Assembly: GCA_020353555.1 (NCBI GenBank)
Contig: CP070697.1
Location: 6,724,371 to 6,788,370, forward strand
Direction of reading: 5' to 3'
DNA length: 64,000 bases
Source of the DNA: Desulfobacterales bacterium
GTDB lineage: Bacteria; Desulfobacterota; Desulfobacteria; Desulfobacterales; G020353555
Part shown: positions 1-9,236 of the stretch, in pieces
Layout of the letters: each line of letters starts with the position of its first letter
How positions within the stretch are numbered: the first letter of the stretch is position 1
Notes under the pieces: model-generated
Database searches by the model: none
What the model saw: only the letters and a program-made list of their open reading frames with translations
Told to the model about the DNA's origin: nothing
Program-made: the position numbers and the translations under genes

Positions 1-1028
1 CCGGACTCCAGCACGCCTTTGATGATGCCCCGTGCCACGAGATCAACGCGGGTATTGCTGACCACATTCATAATCACGGCAATTTTCTCAACACCCGGTT
101 TGGAAAGAATCAGTTTGGTAAGTTCTTTTACTTTTAGAACGGAAGGATTTCCACCAATTTCACAGTAATTCGCAGGCTTTCCGCCGTGGGCTTTAACGGC
201 ATCGAATGCCGTCAATGAGGCCCCGCCGCCGCCGATTATCAAACCCATCGTGCCGTCGAACTCGATGACACGACCGGCCACCCCGCGGTGATCGAGATTG
301 TCGATTTTCATAGCCTCGCGTTCGAACTCAGAGGCGGTGCGTTCGGGCTGCACCCTGTTCTGATCTTTTTCGATCTCGCTCAGTTCCCTGTGCCTGAAGA
401 GGGCATCATCATCGACTTCGAGATGACAATCCAGCGCAACGAGTCGTCCCTGCTTTGTTAGTGCGAACGGATTGATTTCGGCCACAGTGGCGTCGTAATC
501 AAGGAAGATACGGGCCAGTTTGGATAATATGGCCGTGAGTGCCAGCAAACGCTTGCCGGTGACACCCGTCTCGGAAATTATTTCCTTGGCGCGATAATGA
601 GGCAATCGATGCCGCGCCGAAAATGTTTCATATCTTACTTTCCCCGGATCACGGGCGGCGAGAATCTCGATGTCCACCCCACCTTGGGACGAAAAAATCG
701 CCATCGGCGCCTTGGCCACCGAATCATAGGTAATTGCCATAAAAAATTCCTGGTCGATATCAAGCTTTTCTTCCACCAAGAGTTTCATGACATTGTAGCC
801 TCTGATTTTCTTACCCAGCAGGGTCTTTATCCCGGCCTGGCATTGCTCCAAAGAATCGGCCGCAATCACGCCGCCGGCCTTGCCGCGTCCCCCAATAGGA
901 ACCTGGGCTTTTAGCATGACCGGGGCGGTGAAATTAAAGCCATCCACGGCCGACACAACCTGGCCGGCAGGTAATTCAATCCCGTATTTTTTCAATATTT
1001 CTTTGGCTTCAAATTCAAGTAGGCGCAT
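1..1028 (-). CDS. Succinate--CoA ligase (ADP-forming) beta-subunit-like ATP-grasp protein, N-terminal ~342 codons only (C-terminus runs off the window start)
   Basis: Absent from the ORF track because it has no stop in the window. My reverse-strand translation from ATG (1028-1026, GGAGGA upstream) reads MRLLEFEAKEILKKYGIELPAG..VMLKAQVPIGGRGKAGGV..VAEINPF..GLIIGGGGASLTAFDAVKAHGGKPANYCEIGGNP. These are classic SucC-family motifs, and the frame stays open to position 1. Confidence 0.8.
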   Translation of the reverse strand, partial: MRLLEFEAKEILKKYGIELPAGQVVSAVDGFNFTAPVMLKAQVPIGGRGKAGGVIAADSLEQCQAGIKTLLGKKIRGYNVMKLLVEEKLDIDQEFFMAITYDSVAKAPMAIFSSQGGVDIEILAARDPGKVRYETFSARHRLPHYRAKEIISETGVTGKRLLALTAILSKLARIFLDYDATVAEINPFALTKQGRLVALDCHLEVDDDALFRHRELSEIEKDQNRVQPERTASEFEREAMKIDNLDHRGVAGRVIEFDGTMGLIIGGGGASLTAFDAVKAHGGKPANYCEIGGNPSVLKVKELTKLILSKPGVEKIAVIMNVVSNTRVDLVARGIIKGVLES

Positions 1029-1218
1029 CCTCTTTTCCTCCAGATTTGTCAAAAAAGAGCAATGAAAAACAATAAACGTCGAGATTGTTTACGATCGATA
1101 TCCAGCCGCAGTTGCGTTCCATCCTTAACATCTGGTCCGTCTAGGCAGACATAAGCCCGCCTGCAACGCCAACTGCTCATATCATATAAAATAACCGACA
1201 ATGTCTTGTCGATAGTCG

Positions 1219-1247
1219 ACCATAAACGACTAACTATTTTCTGTCAA
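1219..1247 (-). promoter_or_regulatory. Candidate sigma70 promoter for the SucC-like gene (TTGACA-N17-TATGGT)
   Basis: The reverse strand reads TTGACA (1247-1242), a 17-nt spacer, then TATGGT (1224-1219). The -35 lies inside the left arm of the 19-bp inverted repeat. Confidence 0.4.
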
Positions 1248-1297
1248 GCGATAAAATTCGTTTGCAAATGAGTTTTTTCGCTTGACAGAAAATAGTT
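1232..1297. promoter_or_regulatory. Perfect 19-bp inverted repeat (AACTATTTTCTGTCAAGCG / CGCTTGACAGAAAATAGTT), probable operator in a divergent control region
   Basis: Arms lie at 1232-1250 and 1279-1297, and each contains a TTGACA on the outward-reading strand. Flanking GTCGAC-core palindromes lie at about 1215, 1323 and 1347. The direct repeat TGTTTATATT occurs twice at 1298-1318. Confidence 0.6.
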
Positions 1298-1428
1298 GTT
1301 TATATTGTTGTTTATATTACGGTCGACTCTATCTTTTGAATATGGTCGACTTTACGACAATAATTGCATGTGTTACCGCTATGGCTACCTGATAGACGCA
1401 TTCAAAAACTTCAATCAAGGAGGCAGAA

Positions 1429-2613
1429 ATGAAACGAAAGAAATCTTTTTGGGGATGCCTGGCCATTGTTGGTGTTGGGGCGGTGATTGCATTTTCGGGC
1501 GCAGCCATCGCGGCCGGGTTCGATGAACTACCGCAAGATATCCGCGAGCAGAATTATCCAGAGGATATGATGGATCCGATGCAGCCCTTGGGGCCAAGCG
1601 TGTACCGTGATTGGAAGGCCCCGAAGAAGCCGCCATGGACGATCGGCTATGCCAGTTCATATGCGGGCAACACTTGGCGCGCCGGGGTTATGGATCGTCT
1701 GCAAAACACTATCATCCCCAAGTGGAAGAAGCTTGGGCTGCTCAAAGAAGTGATCATCACGCAATCGAACTTGAAGGATTCCGTTCAGATCCAGCAGATG
1801 AGGCAACTCGTCGACCGGGGGGTGGACGCGCTATTGGTGTGTTGCGGAAATCCGACGGCACTGAACCAGACGATAAAATATGCCTATGATCGGGGGGTGC
1901 CGACTTTCTCATTCGTGGGCTACGTCACGTCACCCTACGCAATAAGCTCGTCGGCGAACTTCGTGGTCGGCGGCTATAAACTCGGTATTTGGATGGCCGA
2001 AGAGCTCAAGGGGAAGGGCAATGTGCTCGTCGTTGAAGGCATTCCAGGCACGTCGGCGTCGGACTCCCAGGATCGCGGTATCAAGCTCGCCCTGGAAAAA
2101 TATCCCGACATTAAAATCGTCGGTGAGGTTGCGGGCATGTGGACCGACCAAGTCGCCCAGGCGGAAATCCAGAAATGGCTCGCAACACATCCGGGGAAAT
2201 TGGACGGCATCATCATACAATCAGCCTCCGAGCTAGGCGCAATTCGAGCCCTGAAACAATCCGGCCGACCGAGGGTTCCGATTACCATTGGTGGAGAGTT
2301 GGGCGCACTGTGCTACTGGCGCAAGAACCCTGATTATGTCAGCGGTGCCTACCATGCGTGGCCCCCCGGTGACGGTTTTGAGCTGGGCTGGAACATCATG
2401 ATGCGGACCTTGCAGGGGCAGGGACCCAAAATTCAGTCGATCTTGGCATCATCCGTCTATTTTGACTTCAACGATCTGAAAGAAAGCGTGGGAGAGGATT
2501 GCAGCGAAGACTCGGATCAATGGCTGAACGTCGGGATAGATCGGTGGGCGCCTAAGGAATTTCTCGATCACTTTTTCGTCCGGCCGGCTGACCCCGAACA
2601 ATATAAACCCTAA
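1429..2613 (+). CDS. ABC transporter periplasmic sugar-binding protein (type I PBP, RbsB-like)
   Basis: 394-aa ORF with AAGGAGG 7 nt upstream and an N-terminal signal/TM segment. The body (WTIGYASSYAGNTWR..VDALLVCCGNPTAL..) is typical of CUT2 sugar-binding proteins. Confidence 0.85.
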   Translation: MKRKKSFWGCLAIVGVGAVIAFSGAAIAAGFDELPQDIREQNYPEDMMDPMQPLGPSVYRDWKAPKKPPWTIGYASSYAGNTWRAGVMDRLQNTIIPKWKKLGLLKEVIITQSNLKDSVQIQQMRQLVDRGVDALLVCCGNPTALNQTIKYAYDRGVPTFSFVGYVTSPYAISSSANFVVGGYKLGIWMAEELKGKGNVLVVEGIPGTSASDSQDRGIKLALEKYPDIKIVGEVAGMWTDQVAQAEIQKWLATHPGKLDGIIIQSASELGAIRALKQSGRPRVPITIGGELGALCYWRKNPDYVSGAYHAWPPGDGFELGWNIMMRTLQGQGPKIQSILASSVYFDFNDLKESVGEDCSEDSDQWLNVGIDRWAPKEFLDHFFVRPADPEQYKP

Positions 2614-2730
2614 TCCGCGGTTACTGTTTAATTCAAATCGTTGCCGACTCAACGAACTGTGTCTTGCGCTAGGCTTGGGAGAGTGGCGCTCGCAACCTGG
2701 CCTACCGAGTCCAGGGGACAGTTGGTAAAC

Positions 2731-4902
2731 ATGCTTTCTGGCGAATCCACATATTCTGAGACCGCAGCGGTAACGCCCCCTACGGTGATGGGTGGTATTT
2801 CAATCGTCGGCGTGCGTAAGGCCTTCGGAGTCACCAAGGCCTTGGACGGGGTTAATTTTCACGCTTCGGTCGGCGAGATCCATGCGGTCGTTGGCGGTAA
2901 CGGGTCCGGGAAAAGCACCTTAGCGAAGGTGATGTCGGGGGTTCTGCCGCCGGATGCCGGTCAGGTATCGGTCCTCGGGCACTCGCCGTCTTCACCCCAA
3001 GAGGCGCGCGCGATCGGTATCGGCACGGTATTTCAGGAAGTGTTGGTCGCAGAGGAATGTTCGGTCGTCGACAATCTCTTTCTCGGTTCGGACCGTCTGT
3101 TCGCCAAATCAATGCCGTTCAAAAACAAGGTAGCGGCGGCAGAGGCGTTGATGTTGGATTTGACCGGTCACGAAGTTGATGCAGGAACATTGGTTGGGAG
3201 TCTGCCCCTGGGCATCAAGCAGTGGATCACCATCGGCCGCGCATTGTTGTGGCAGCCTAAAGTTCTCATTCTGGATGAATCGTCGGCCGCTCTTGATCTG
3301 GATTCCACCGAAAGGCTTTTTGCCAAGATCCGCCAGTTACGGGATCAGGGGGTTATCATCATTATCATCACCCACCGCATCGCCGAACTCATGCTTGTCT
3401 CCGATAAGGCGACGGTACTCCGCGACGGCCGCGATGTAGGTGTGCTGGAAAAGAAGGACATCACAGAGAAAAATCTGCTCCGACTGATGACGGGTAAGAC
3501 CCCGTCGTCCGCGCTATCTCGATCTTCAACCCCGGAAGATCGTACGGGCGAAGTTTTGCTGAGGACCGACCGGTTGAGAATCTGGCCCCGAAGCCCAGAA
3601 ATAACTTTTGGCCTTCATCGGGGAGAGATTGTCGGAGTTGCCGGACTCGATGGGCAAGGCCAGAGTGACTTCGTTCGCATCCTGGCTGGCGTCCAAAAAG
3701 CGGATCAATCGCATCCGACGGTTGCAAATCCTGCCGGCGGCTATGCTGAAATCAGGGGCTTGGCCGACGCGGCCACCTGCGGCGTGTCCTGTGTTTCAGG
3801 TGACCGAGCCCGCGAAGGTATTTTCGCCAATCTCAGTATCTACGAAAACCTTTTGTTGCCGATGTACCGGCGCAGGTCAAAAGCGGGAAAACTCAAGCTT
3901 ATCCACTGGGGAGAGTTAACAGGCGCATTCGATTGGGAGGTGGAGCGGCTTTCCATAAAAATGGGCGAACGTACGGACAGGATTACCTCGCTTTCCGGGG
4001 GCAATCAGCAGAAAGTCATGGTGGGTCGAGCGTTCGCTGTGAATCCAAACATCCTGATTCTCAACGATCCCGCGCGCGGGATCGATATTACCGCCAAGAG
4101 CGATCTCTACGGACACCTCGTGAACTTCGCGGCGTTAGGCAAGTCGGTCGTTTACATGTCGAGCGAAATCGAGGAATTGATCGGCCTTTGCTCACGGGTT
4201 ATCGTATTTCGAAACGGCGGCATCTTTGACGAGTTCACCGGCAATTCGATCAATCCTGCCAACATTCTGCATGCCATGTTCGGTCAGGCCAGAGGCACCT
4301 ATCAGGATGAACCCGCCGAGATAGCGCACGAAGTCGATGTTGCGGATAACGTGGCGCGCGGGGAACGCGATAGGGAAATCGAGGGCAATTTCACGTTGAA
4401 ATCCGCGGCCTTTGCCGATGGTGCCAGAATTCCGGATAGGTATGCAGAAAATAACAAAGTCTCGCCACCGCTGGAATGGGAAAATCCGCCCAAGGGAACC
4501 AAGAGCTTTGCCCTGTCCGTGACGGATCCTGATTTACCGGCCGAGTTCAATTTTCCAAGAGCTTTTGCGCATTGGTTGCTCTTTGACATACCGGGCTCCG
4601 CCCGCCGTCTTCCCGAAGGTGCCAGCCCTGGGGGAGAGCTCCCGCGCGGGGCCAAGGAGCTAAATAGTGACTTTGTCACGTTTCAGATACCGGGATTTGG
4701 TAAAGGCTATGGCGGGCCGTGGCCTCCGGATGCCGCCCATCGATATGTCTTCACGCTCTATGCCCTCAAGGCGGAAAGTTTGGATATTGCCGAAACGGCA
4801 GACTACGCTAAGTTCGTGAGTGCCGTGCTGCCGGTCACCATCACGACGGCAACCCTGATAGGCACCTACGGGCCTGCGCGCCGTCCACTGCCCGGGCAAT
4901 GA
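2731..4902 (+). CDS. CUT2-type tandem ABC ATPase (RbsA-like) fused to a C-terminal PEBP/YbhB-YbcL (Raf-kinase-inhibitor-like) domain
   Basis: Walker A GGNGSGKST, a second-half signature LSGGNQQK and two NBD halves are present. The C-terminal ~170 aa (FTLKSAAFADGARIPDRY..PPLEW..HWLLFDIP..GYGGPWPPD..HRYVFTLYAL) match the bacterial PEBP family. I prefer the ATG at 2731 to the ORF-track TTG at 2641. Confidence 0.8.
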   Translation: MLSGESTYSETAAVTPPTVMGGISIVGVRKAFGVTKALDGVNFHASVGEIHAVVGGNGSGKSTLAKVMSGVLPPDAGQVSVLGHSPSSPQEARAIGIGTVFQEVLVAEECSVVDNLFLGSDRLFAKSMPFKNKVAAAEALMLDLTGHEVDAGTLVGSLPLGIKQWITIGRALLWQPKVLILDESSAALDLDSTERLFAKIRQLRDQGVIIIIITHRIAELMLVSDKATVLRDGRDVGVLEKKDITEKNLLRLMTGKTPSSALSRSSTPEDRTGEVLLRTDRLRIWPRSPEITFGLHRGEIVGVAGLDGQGQSDFVRILAGVQKADQSHPTVANPAGGYAEIRGLADAATCGVSCVSGDRAREGIFANLSIYENLLLPMYRRRSKAGKLKLIHWGELTGAFDWEVERLSIKMGERTDRITSLSGGNQQKVMVGRAFAVNPNILILNDPARGIDITAKSDLYGHLVNFAALGKSVVYMSSEIEELIGLCSRVIVFRNGGIFDEFTGNSINPANILHAMFGQARGTYQDEPAEIAHEVDVADNVARGERDREIEGNFTLKSAAFADGARIPDRYAENNKVSPPLEWENPPKGTKSFALSVTDPDLPAEFNFPRAFAHWLLFDIPGSARRLPEGASPGGELPRGAKELNSDFVTFQIPGFGKGYGGPWPPDAAHRYVFTLYALKAESLDIAETADYAKFVSAVLPVTITTATLIGTYGPARRPLPGQ

Positions 4903-4963
4903 CCCTTTTGTCATCAACGCCTTTTGGGAATTTATTTAATCATCTAAACAGAAGGATAAGACT

Positions 4964-5368
4964 ATGGCTCGGTACAGTTCAGCGGCTCAACTCGACATGG
5001 AATGGGTTGAAGATTGGGCCAGGAGAGTAAATGAAGATAGAGTTCTGCGCGTGATCGGTCGGTTTTTTACGGCGAATTTTGTTATCGGAATTGATAACAG
5101 GGACTACCTGATCGTCGTGCGAGAGGGCAAAATTCAAAAGATAACAGATGGCTTGACTCCCAGCATGATGGGATGGCAGTTCGCCCTGAGAGCGCCGAGT
5201 ACGAGTTGGAGTAAATTCGCTCAACCGATCCCGCCGCCCATGTTCAACGACATCTGGGCAATGGCGCACCCGCTTCATGGCAAGTTGAAGATCGAAGGCG
5301 ATACAAAACCTTTCTGGCAAAACTTGCGTGCATTAAGTTGGATGCTCGCGCTCATGCGCGAAGTTTAG
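4964..5368 (+). CDS. SCP2 sterol-carrier-like domain protein
   Basis: 134 aa; the C-terminal GKLKIEGDTKPFWQNL pattern and overall layout resemble SCP2 lipid-binding domains. Confidence 0.6.
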   Translation: MARYSSAAQLDMEWVEDWARRVNEDRVLRVIGRFFTANFVIGIDNRDYLIVVREGKIQKITDGLTPSMMGWQFALRAPSTSWSKFAQPIPPPMFNDIWAMAHPLHGKLKIEGDTKPFWQNLRALSWMLALMREV

Positions 5369-5408
5369 CTGGTAACAGATAATAAATAACCGTAGGAGAC
5401 CAAGGGCT

Positions 5409-6419
5409 ATGGCTAAATTCGATCCAATAGAGGGACGTTACGTCTATGTCGATTGTGAGGGTAAAACCTACCGCACCTATTTCGAAGAAAACGGGGAGGG
5501 CATCCCTCTTGTCTGTTTGCATACGGCCGGCACGGACGGGCGCGAGTGGCGGCATCAACTCTGCGACCGCGACATCACGAATAATTTCCGCGTCATCGCT
5601 TTCGATCTGCCGCGACACGGCAAGTCAATACCACCAGGGGATTTTTACAGGGCAGAAGACGAATACAAGCTGACATCGAAGTTTTATTCCGAGTTCACCA
5701 TGGCGTTCTGTCATGCCTTAGAGTTGGATAAGCCGGTCATCATGGGCTCTTCGATGGGCGGCAATATTTGCCTACCTCTGGCGCTGCGTTATGACAATGA
5801 ATTGAGCGCTCTTATCGCCATTGAGGCGTGCGACTACTCGCCCGGTTGGTGGCTCGACCCGCTGGCGCATCCCCACATTCACGGCGGTGAGGCCTGCGCG
5901 ACGTCGGTGTTTGGCTTGATGGCGCCCCAGAGTCCGGAGGAGTACCGCTGGGAGACCTGGTGGTACTATGCGCGAGGCGGTCCGGGCATTTTCAAGGGGG
6001 ACTTGTATTTCTACAGCGTGGACCACGATTTCCGGGATTTGTGTCACAAAATATCCGGGCGGGTACCGATTTATCTGATGACAGGTGTTTATGACTTCGC
6101 CTGTAGGCCCGAAATGACCCAAGAGACGGCCGACAAGATAAAGAATGCGGAATGCATAATTATGGAAGGCATTGGCCATTTCCCCATGTCCGAAAACCCG
6201 GAAGTGTTCAAAGAATACCTGATGCCGGTTCTGAAGAAAATCATCCAATCCGATCGAGGCGAACGCGAATTCAGCCGGTCTTCACATGGGGCGAGGTCCC
6301 GCCGCACAGATTCCTACGCCGGCCAAAGCAGGGTCATCGATTTTGACAATCGAAGCTCTCAACAGCGATACGGGAAGTCGGAAAAAGATAGCGGTTCCGT
6401 GCGGATCGTAGAGTTTTAA
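5409..6419 (+). CDS. Alpha/beta-fold hydrolase with a ~60-aa low-complexity C-terminal tail
   Basis: HTAG oxyanion region, the nucleophile elbow GSSMGG and a C-terminal GHFP histidine motif are present. The tail is Ser/Arg-rich. Confidence 0.8.
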   Translation: MAKFDPIEGRYVYVDCEGKTYRTYFEENGEGIPLVCLHTAGTDGREWRHQLCDRDITNNFRVIAFDLPRHGKSIPPGDFYRAEDEYKLTSKFYSEFTMAFCHALELDKPVIMGSSMGGNICLPLALRYDNELSALIAIEACDYSPGWWLDPLAHPHIHGGEACATSVFGLMAPQSPEEYRWETWWYYARGGPGIFKGDLYFYSVDHDFRDLCHKISGRVPIYLMTGVYDFACRPEMTQETADKIKNAECIIMEGIGHFPMSENPEVFKEYLMPVLKKIIQSDRGEREFSRSSHGARSRRTDSYAGQSRVIDFDNRSSQQRYGKSEKDSGSVRIVEF

Positions 6420-6442
6420 TCGATGTCGGTCTATCCCCTGAC

Positions 6443-7831
6443 ATGAAATTAAACGCCTCATCCCCGTCGGGCAGCACCTATCTGTTGGTCCCTATTCTGT
6501 TGCTGTTCGCGCTACTGATCGTAGCCGTGATCAGGAGCCCGAGCCTTATCTCGGGCACAGGGATCGGCAGTGCGCTGATCGTTGCGGCTCCTCTGGTATT
6601 GGCCACCTACGCCCTGATGGTCGTTGCGATTGCCGGCCGCGGGACGGTCGATCTGTCCGTGGGGCCTTTGCTGGGTTTTATCAACGTCACGCTGGTGCAA
6701 TTGCATGGCGCAGATTTGGTGTCGTCGCCGCTGGCGGTGTTCGCGTATGTGATCGCCGCCGGTGTTGCCTACCAATTGGTCATGGGACTCATCATCATCT
6801 ATGTGCGCGTCCAGCCCATCATTGTCGCTCTCAGCGGGTATTTGGCGTTGTCGGGCATCAACCTGGTTATCATGCCCCGGCCAAGCGGAACCGCGCCCGA
6901 TTGGATGATGTCGTGGGGAGCGGGCACCTCGATTTTCTCGCCGGTGCTCGTCATTGTGGTGCTGAGCACGGCGGCTTGGCTTGTATTTGCGCGAAGCGCC
7001 TTCTGCGGGCACCTGCGGATGATGGGATTTGATGAGCGGGCGGCCTACACAAGCGGCGTCCGCATCAATGCGGTTCGTCTGGGAGCACATTGCATCGCGG
7101 GGGTTTTCTCCGGGCTGGCGGCCTTGACCGTGACTTCTCTGATCGGTTCAGGCGATCCGACCCAGGGCACCACCTACACGCTGATCGCCGTCACGGCCCT
7201 GGTCCTGGGTGGAACGAGTTTGGCGGGCGGGCGCGGGGGCGCGATTGGCTCGCTGATCGGTGCACTGAATCTTTTTCTGATTGGATATGTGCTCGCGACC
7301 TTTAATTTTGGCGGGATCCAAGGGTTCGTCACCGAAATGGCCTATGGCCTCATCCTGGTGCTGTCTTTCTTGTTGAGCGTGGCGCTGCCTTATCTTCAAA
7401 GACACATCCGCCACGTGTCGCCTTTTTTAGTGTTTGTCGCGCTGTCCATGCTCTTCACCGCGGTGATGCTTCACGCCAAGTACGACTACGGTCAGCCGGC
7501 GAACGTGCAGGAATCAACCGCTTCATTTCCTGCGGATGAACGCGCTTCGAGCGCTTTCTTCTTCGAGCTGGGGGAATCCGCTTCGGACTTCGCCATGTCC
7601 GCTAACCAAAAATCCATGGCCCTGGCAGCCTTGCTGCTGGTTTCGGTGGTCTTTATCCTGCGCGTGTCGGTCGCCGAAGCCAAAACCCGGTTGATGACAC
7701 CATTTATGTATGTAAGCCTGCTAATCATCATTCTGGTCGTGATATGGCTGTTGGCGACCTCGAACGGCCATGCCGCCCAATCCTTCGCGAGCGCTAAGAA
7801 GCAGGCCTGGATGATCGCAGTGGGAGCCTGA
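6443..7831 (+). CDS. ABC sugar permease (RbsC/BPD_transp_2 family) with ~130-aa extra C-terminal membrane extension
   Basis: Multi-TM protein with TVDLSVGPLLG, the IDLSVG motif of CUT2 permeases. Additional TM segments follow residue ~330. Confidence 0.8.
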   Translation: MKLNASSPSGSTYLLVPILLLFALLIVAVIRSPSLISGTGIGSALIVAAPLVLATYALMVVAIAGRGTVDLSVGPLLGFINVTLVQLHGADLVSSPLAVFAYVIAAGVAYQLVMGLIIIYVRVQPIIVALSGYLALSGINLVIMPRPSGTAPDWMMSWGAGTSIFSPVLVIVVLSTAAWLVFARSAFCGHLRMMGFDERAAYTSGVRINAVRLGAHCIAGVFSGLAALTVTSLIGSGDPTQGTTYTLIAVTALVLGGTSLAGGRGGAIGSLIGALNLFLIGYVLATFNFGGIQGFVTEMAYGLILVLSFLLSVALPYLQRHIRHVSPFLVFVALSMLFTAVMLHAKYDYGQPANVQESTASFPADERASSAFFFELGESASDFAMSANQKSMALAALLLVSVVFILRVSVAEAKTRLMTPFMYVSLLIIILVVIWLLATSNGHAAQSFASAKKQAWMIAVGA

Positions 7832-7833
7832 GC

Positions 7834-9219
7834 GTGCAAAGGACATTGTCGCCATTTCCCATGTGGGTAGGTCTGGTGATCGCGGCGCTGATTGCCGGTC
7901 TGGGCACAGGTCTGGGGTTCTGGCAGGGTCTACCCGCCCAAAATGTGATCTTGTACACGGCGGCCACGTTTGCGCTGGTGCTGTGGCTCTGGCAACACGT
8001 TGTCGCTGTGGGCTCGTCTGGCACTGCCGCGGATTCCGCGTCGACCGCCCCGGGTGAAGCGCACCCGAGCGCGCGGGCCGCATTCAGGAAATTCTTGACC
8101 GGCAATAGAGGGCTGCTGCTGGCTTTGCTGCTGTTGCTCGGGGCGTTTTTGATCGCATCCGTGACGGTCAGCGGGTTCTTCACAGGTTTGAATGTAATTG
8201 CCTTGCTGATCTTGATTGTACTGCTCGTCTTTGCCGTACGGGTGAGCAAATTCTTCATCAACAATCGCAGCGCATTCATCGGGTTGACGGTCCTCGCCGG
8301 GTTGTTTGCCATCAGCTCCTTCACCATCGAAGGATTCGCATCGGCTGCCAACATCAAGAGCATGCTGGTTTTTGCGTCCTTCTTGGGGCTCGCCTGTGTG
8401 GGTCAGACTTTCGTGGCGTTACTCGGAGGTTTGGATTTGTCGATTCCGTTCGTGATCGGATCGTCGAACGTGGGCCTCCTCTACCTGATAAAATTAGGCG
8501 TACCATCGTGGATTGCGGTGATCGTGGTATTGCTTCTCGGAACCTTCATCGGATTTATTAATGGCATCCTCAGTCTGCGTGTGCAAGGCCAGGCGCTCAT
8601 CTTGACGCTGGGCGTTGGCTTTGCCGTCTCGGGTCTGACCCAAATAATGACTAGCATCGGCTCCGCCCAGATGGGCAACGTCTACGGCAAAGTGCCGGAT
8701 TGGCTCAGAAATCTTGCGGCGATGAATGGCAAGACGTTTGGGCTCAGCGTGCCTCCGATCATCTTGATCTGGGCCGGCATGGCGGTGCTTCTGATCTATG
8801 GCCTCAAAAATACCGTTTACGGGCGTTATCTTTACGCGCTGGGGGGCAACCGTATTTGCGCGGGACAACTGATGTTTTCCGAGGGCCGCTACTGGGTCGG
8901 CACTTTCATGGTAAGCGGCATTTTTTCGGCGATCACCGGTTCGTTGCTGTTGGGCTGGAGTGGCGGGGGGTTCATCGGCGTCGGGCAGCCTTATTTGTTC
9001 ATGACCTTGGCGGCGGTGGTGATCGGCGGCACCTCGTTGCTCGGAGGCTATGGTGGCTATGGATTTACGGTGATTGGTGTTCTCGTCCTGCAGGTGCTTA
9101 CATCGTTCCTCGTTGGCATCGGTCTGACGTTTGAGTGGCAGCAGTTTATTTTTGGTCTTTTGATATTACCAATGGTGGCCCTGTACGCTCGATCAGCCCA
9201 CATTCGTACTCAGGTCTAA
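7834..9219 (+). CDS. ABC sugar permease (RbsC family) with ~125-aa extra N-terminal membrane extension
   Basis: Carries the GGLDLSIPFVIGSS motif and about 10 TM segments. It starts 2 nt after the stop codon of the previous permease gene (GTG start, or ATG at 7861). Confidence 0.8.
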   Translation: MQRTLSPFPMWVGLVIAALIAGLGTGLGFWQGLPAQNVILYTAATFALVLWLWQHVVAVGSSGTAADSASTAPGEAHPSARAAFRKFLTGNRGLLLALLLLLGAFLIASVTVSGFFTGLNVIALLILIVLLVFAVRVSKFFINNRSAFIGLTVLAGLFAISSFTIEGFASAANIKSMLVFASFLGLACVGQTFVALLGGLDLSIPFVIGSSNVGLLYLIKLGVPSWIAVIVVLLLGTFIGFINGILSLRVQGQALILTLGVGFAVSGLTQIMTSIGSAQMGNVYGKVPDWLRNLAAMNGKTFGLSVPPIILIWAGMAVLLIYGLKNTVYGRYLYALGGNRICAGQLMFSEGRYWVGTFMVSGIFSAITGSLLLGWSGGGFIGVGQPYLFMTLAAVVIGGTSLLGGYGGYGFTVIGVLVLQVLTSFLVGIGLTFEWQQFIFGLLILPMVALYARSAHIRTQV

Positions 9220-9236
9220 AGTGAAAAGGGATCGGT

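Noticed and set aside
597-1065. 105-aa and 61-aa plus-strand ORFs at the window start
   Set aside because: They are antisense to the SucC-like gene, which is recognisable by eye on the minus strand.
2641-2730. TTG-initiated 30-codon extension of the ABC ATPase, and similar upstream non-ATG or early starts at 14214, 47560, 49446, 51023 and 38829
   Set aside because: Internal ATGs with better-placed SD sequences coincide with the start of the conserved domains or signal peptides.
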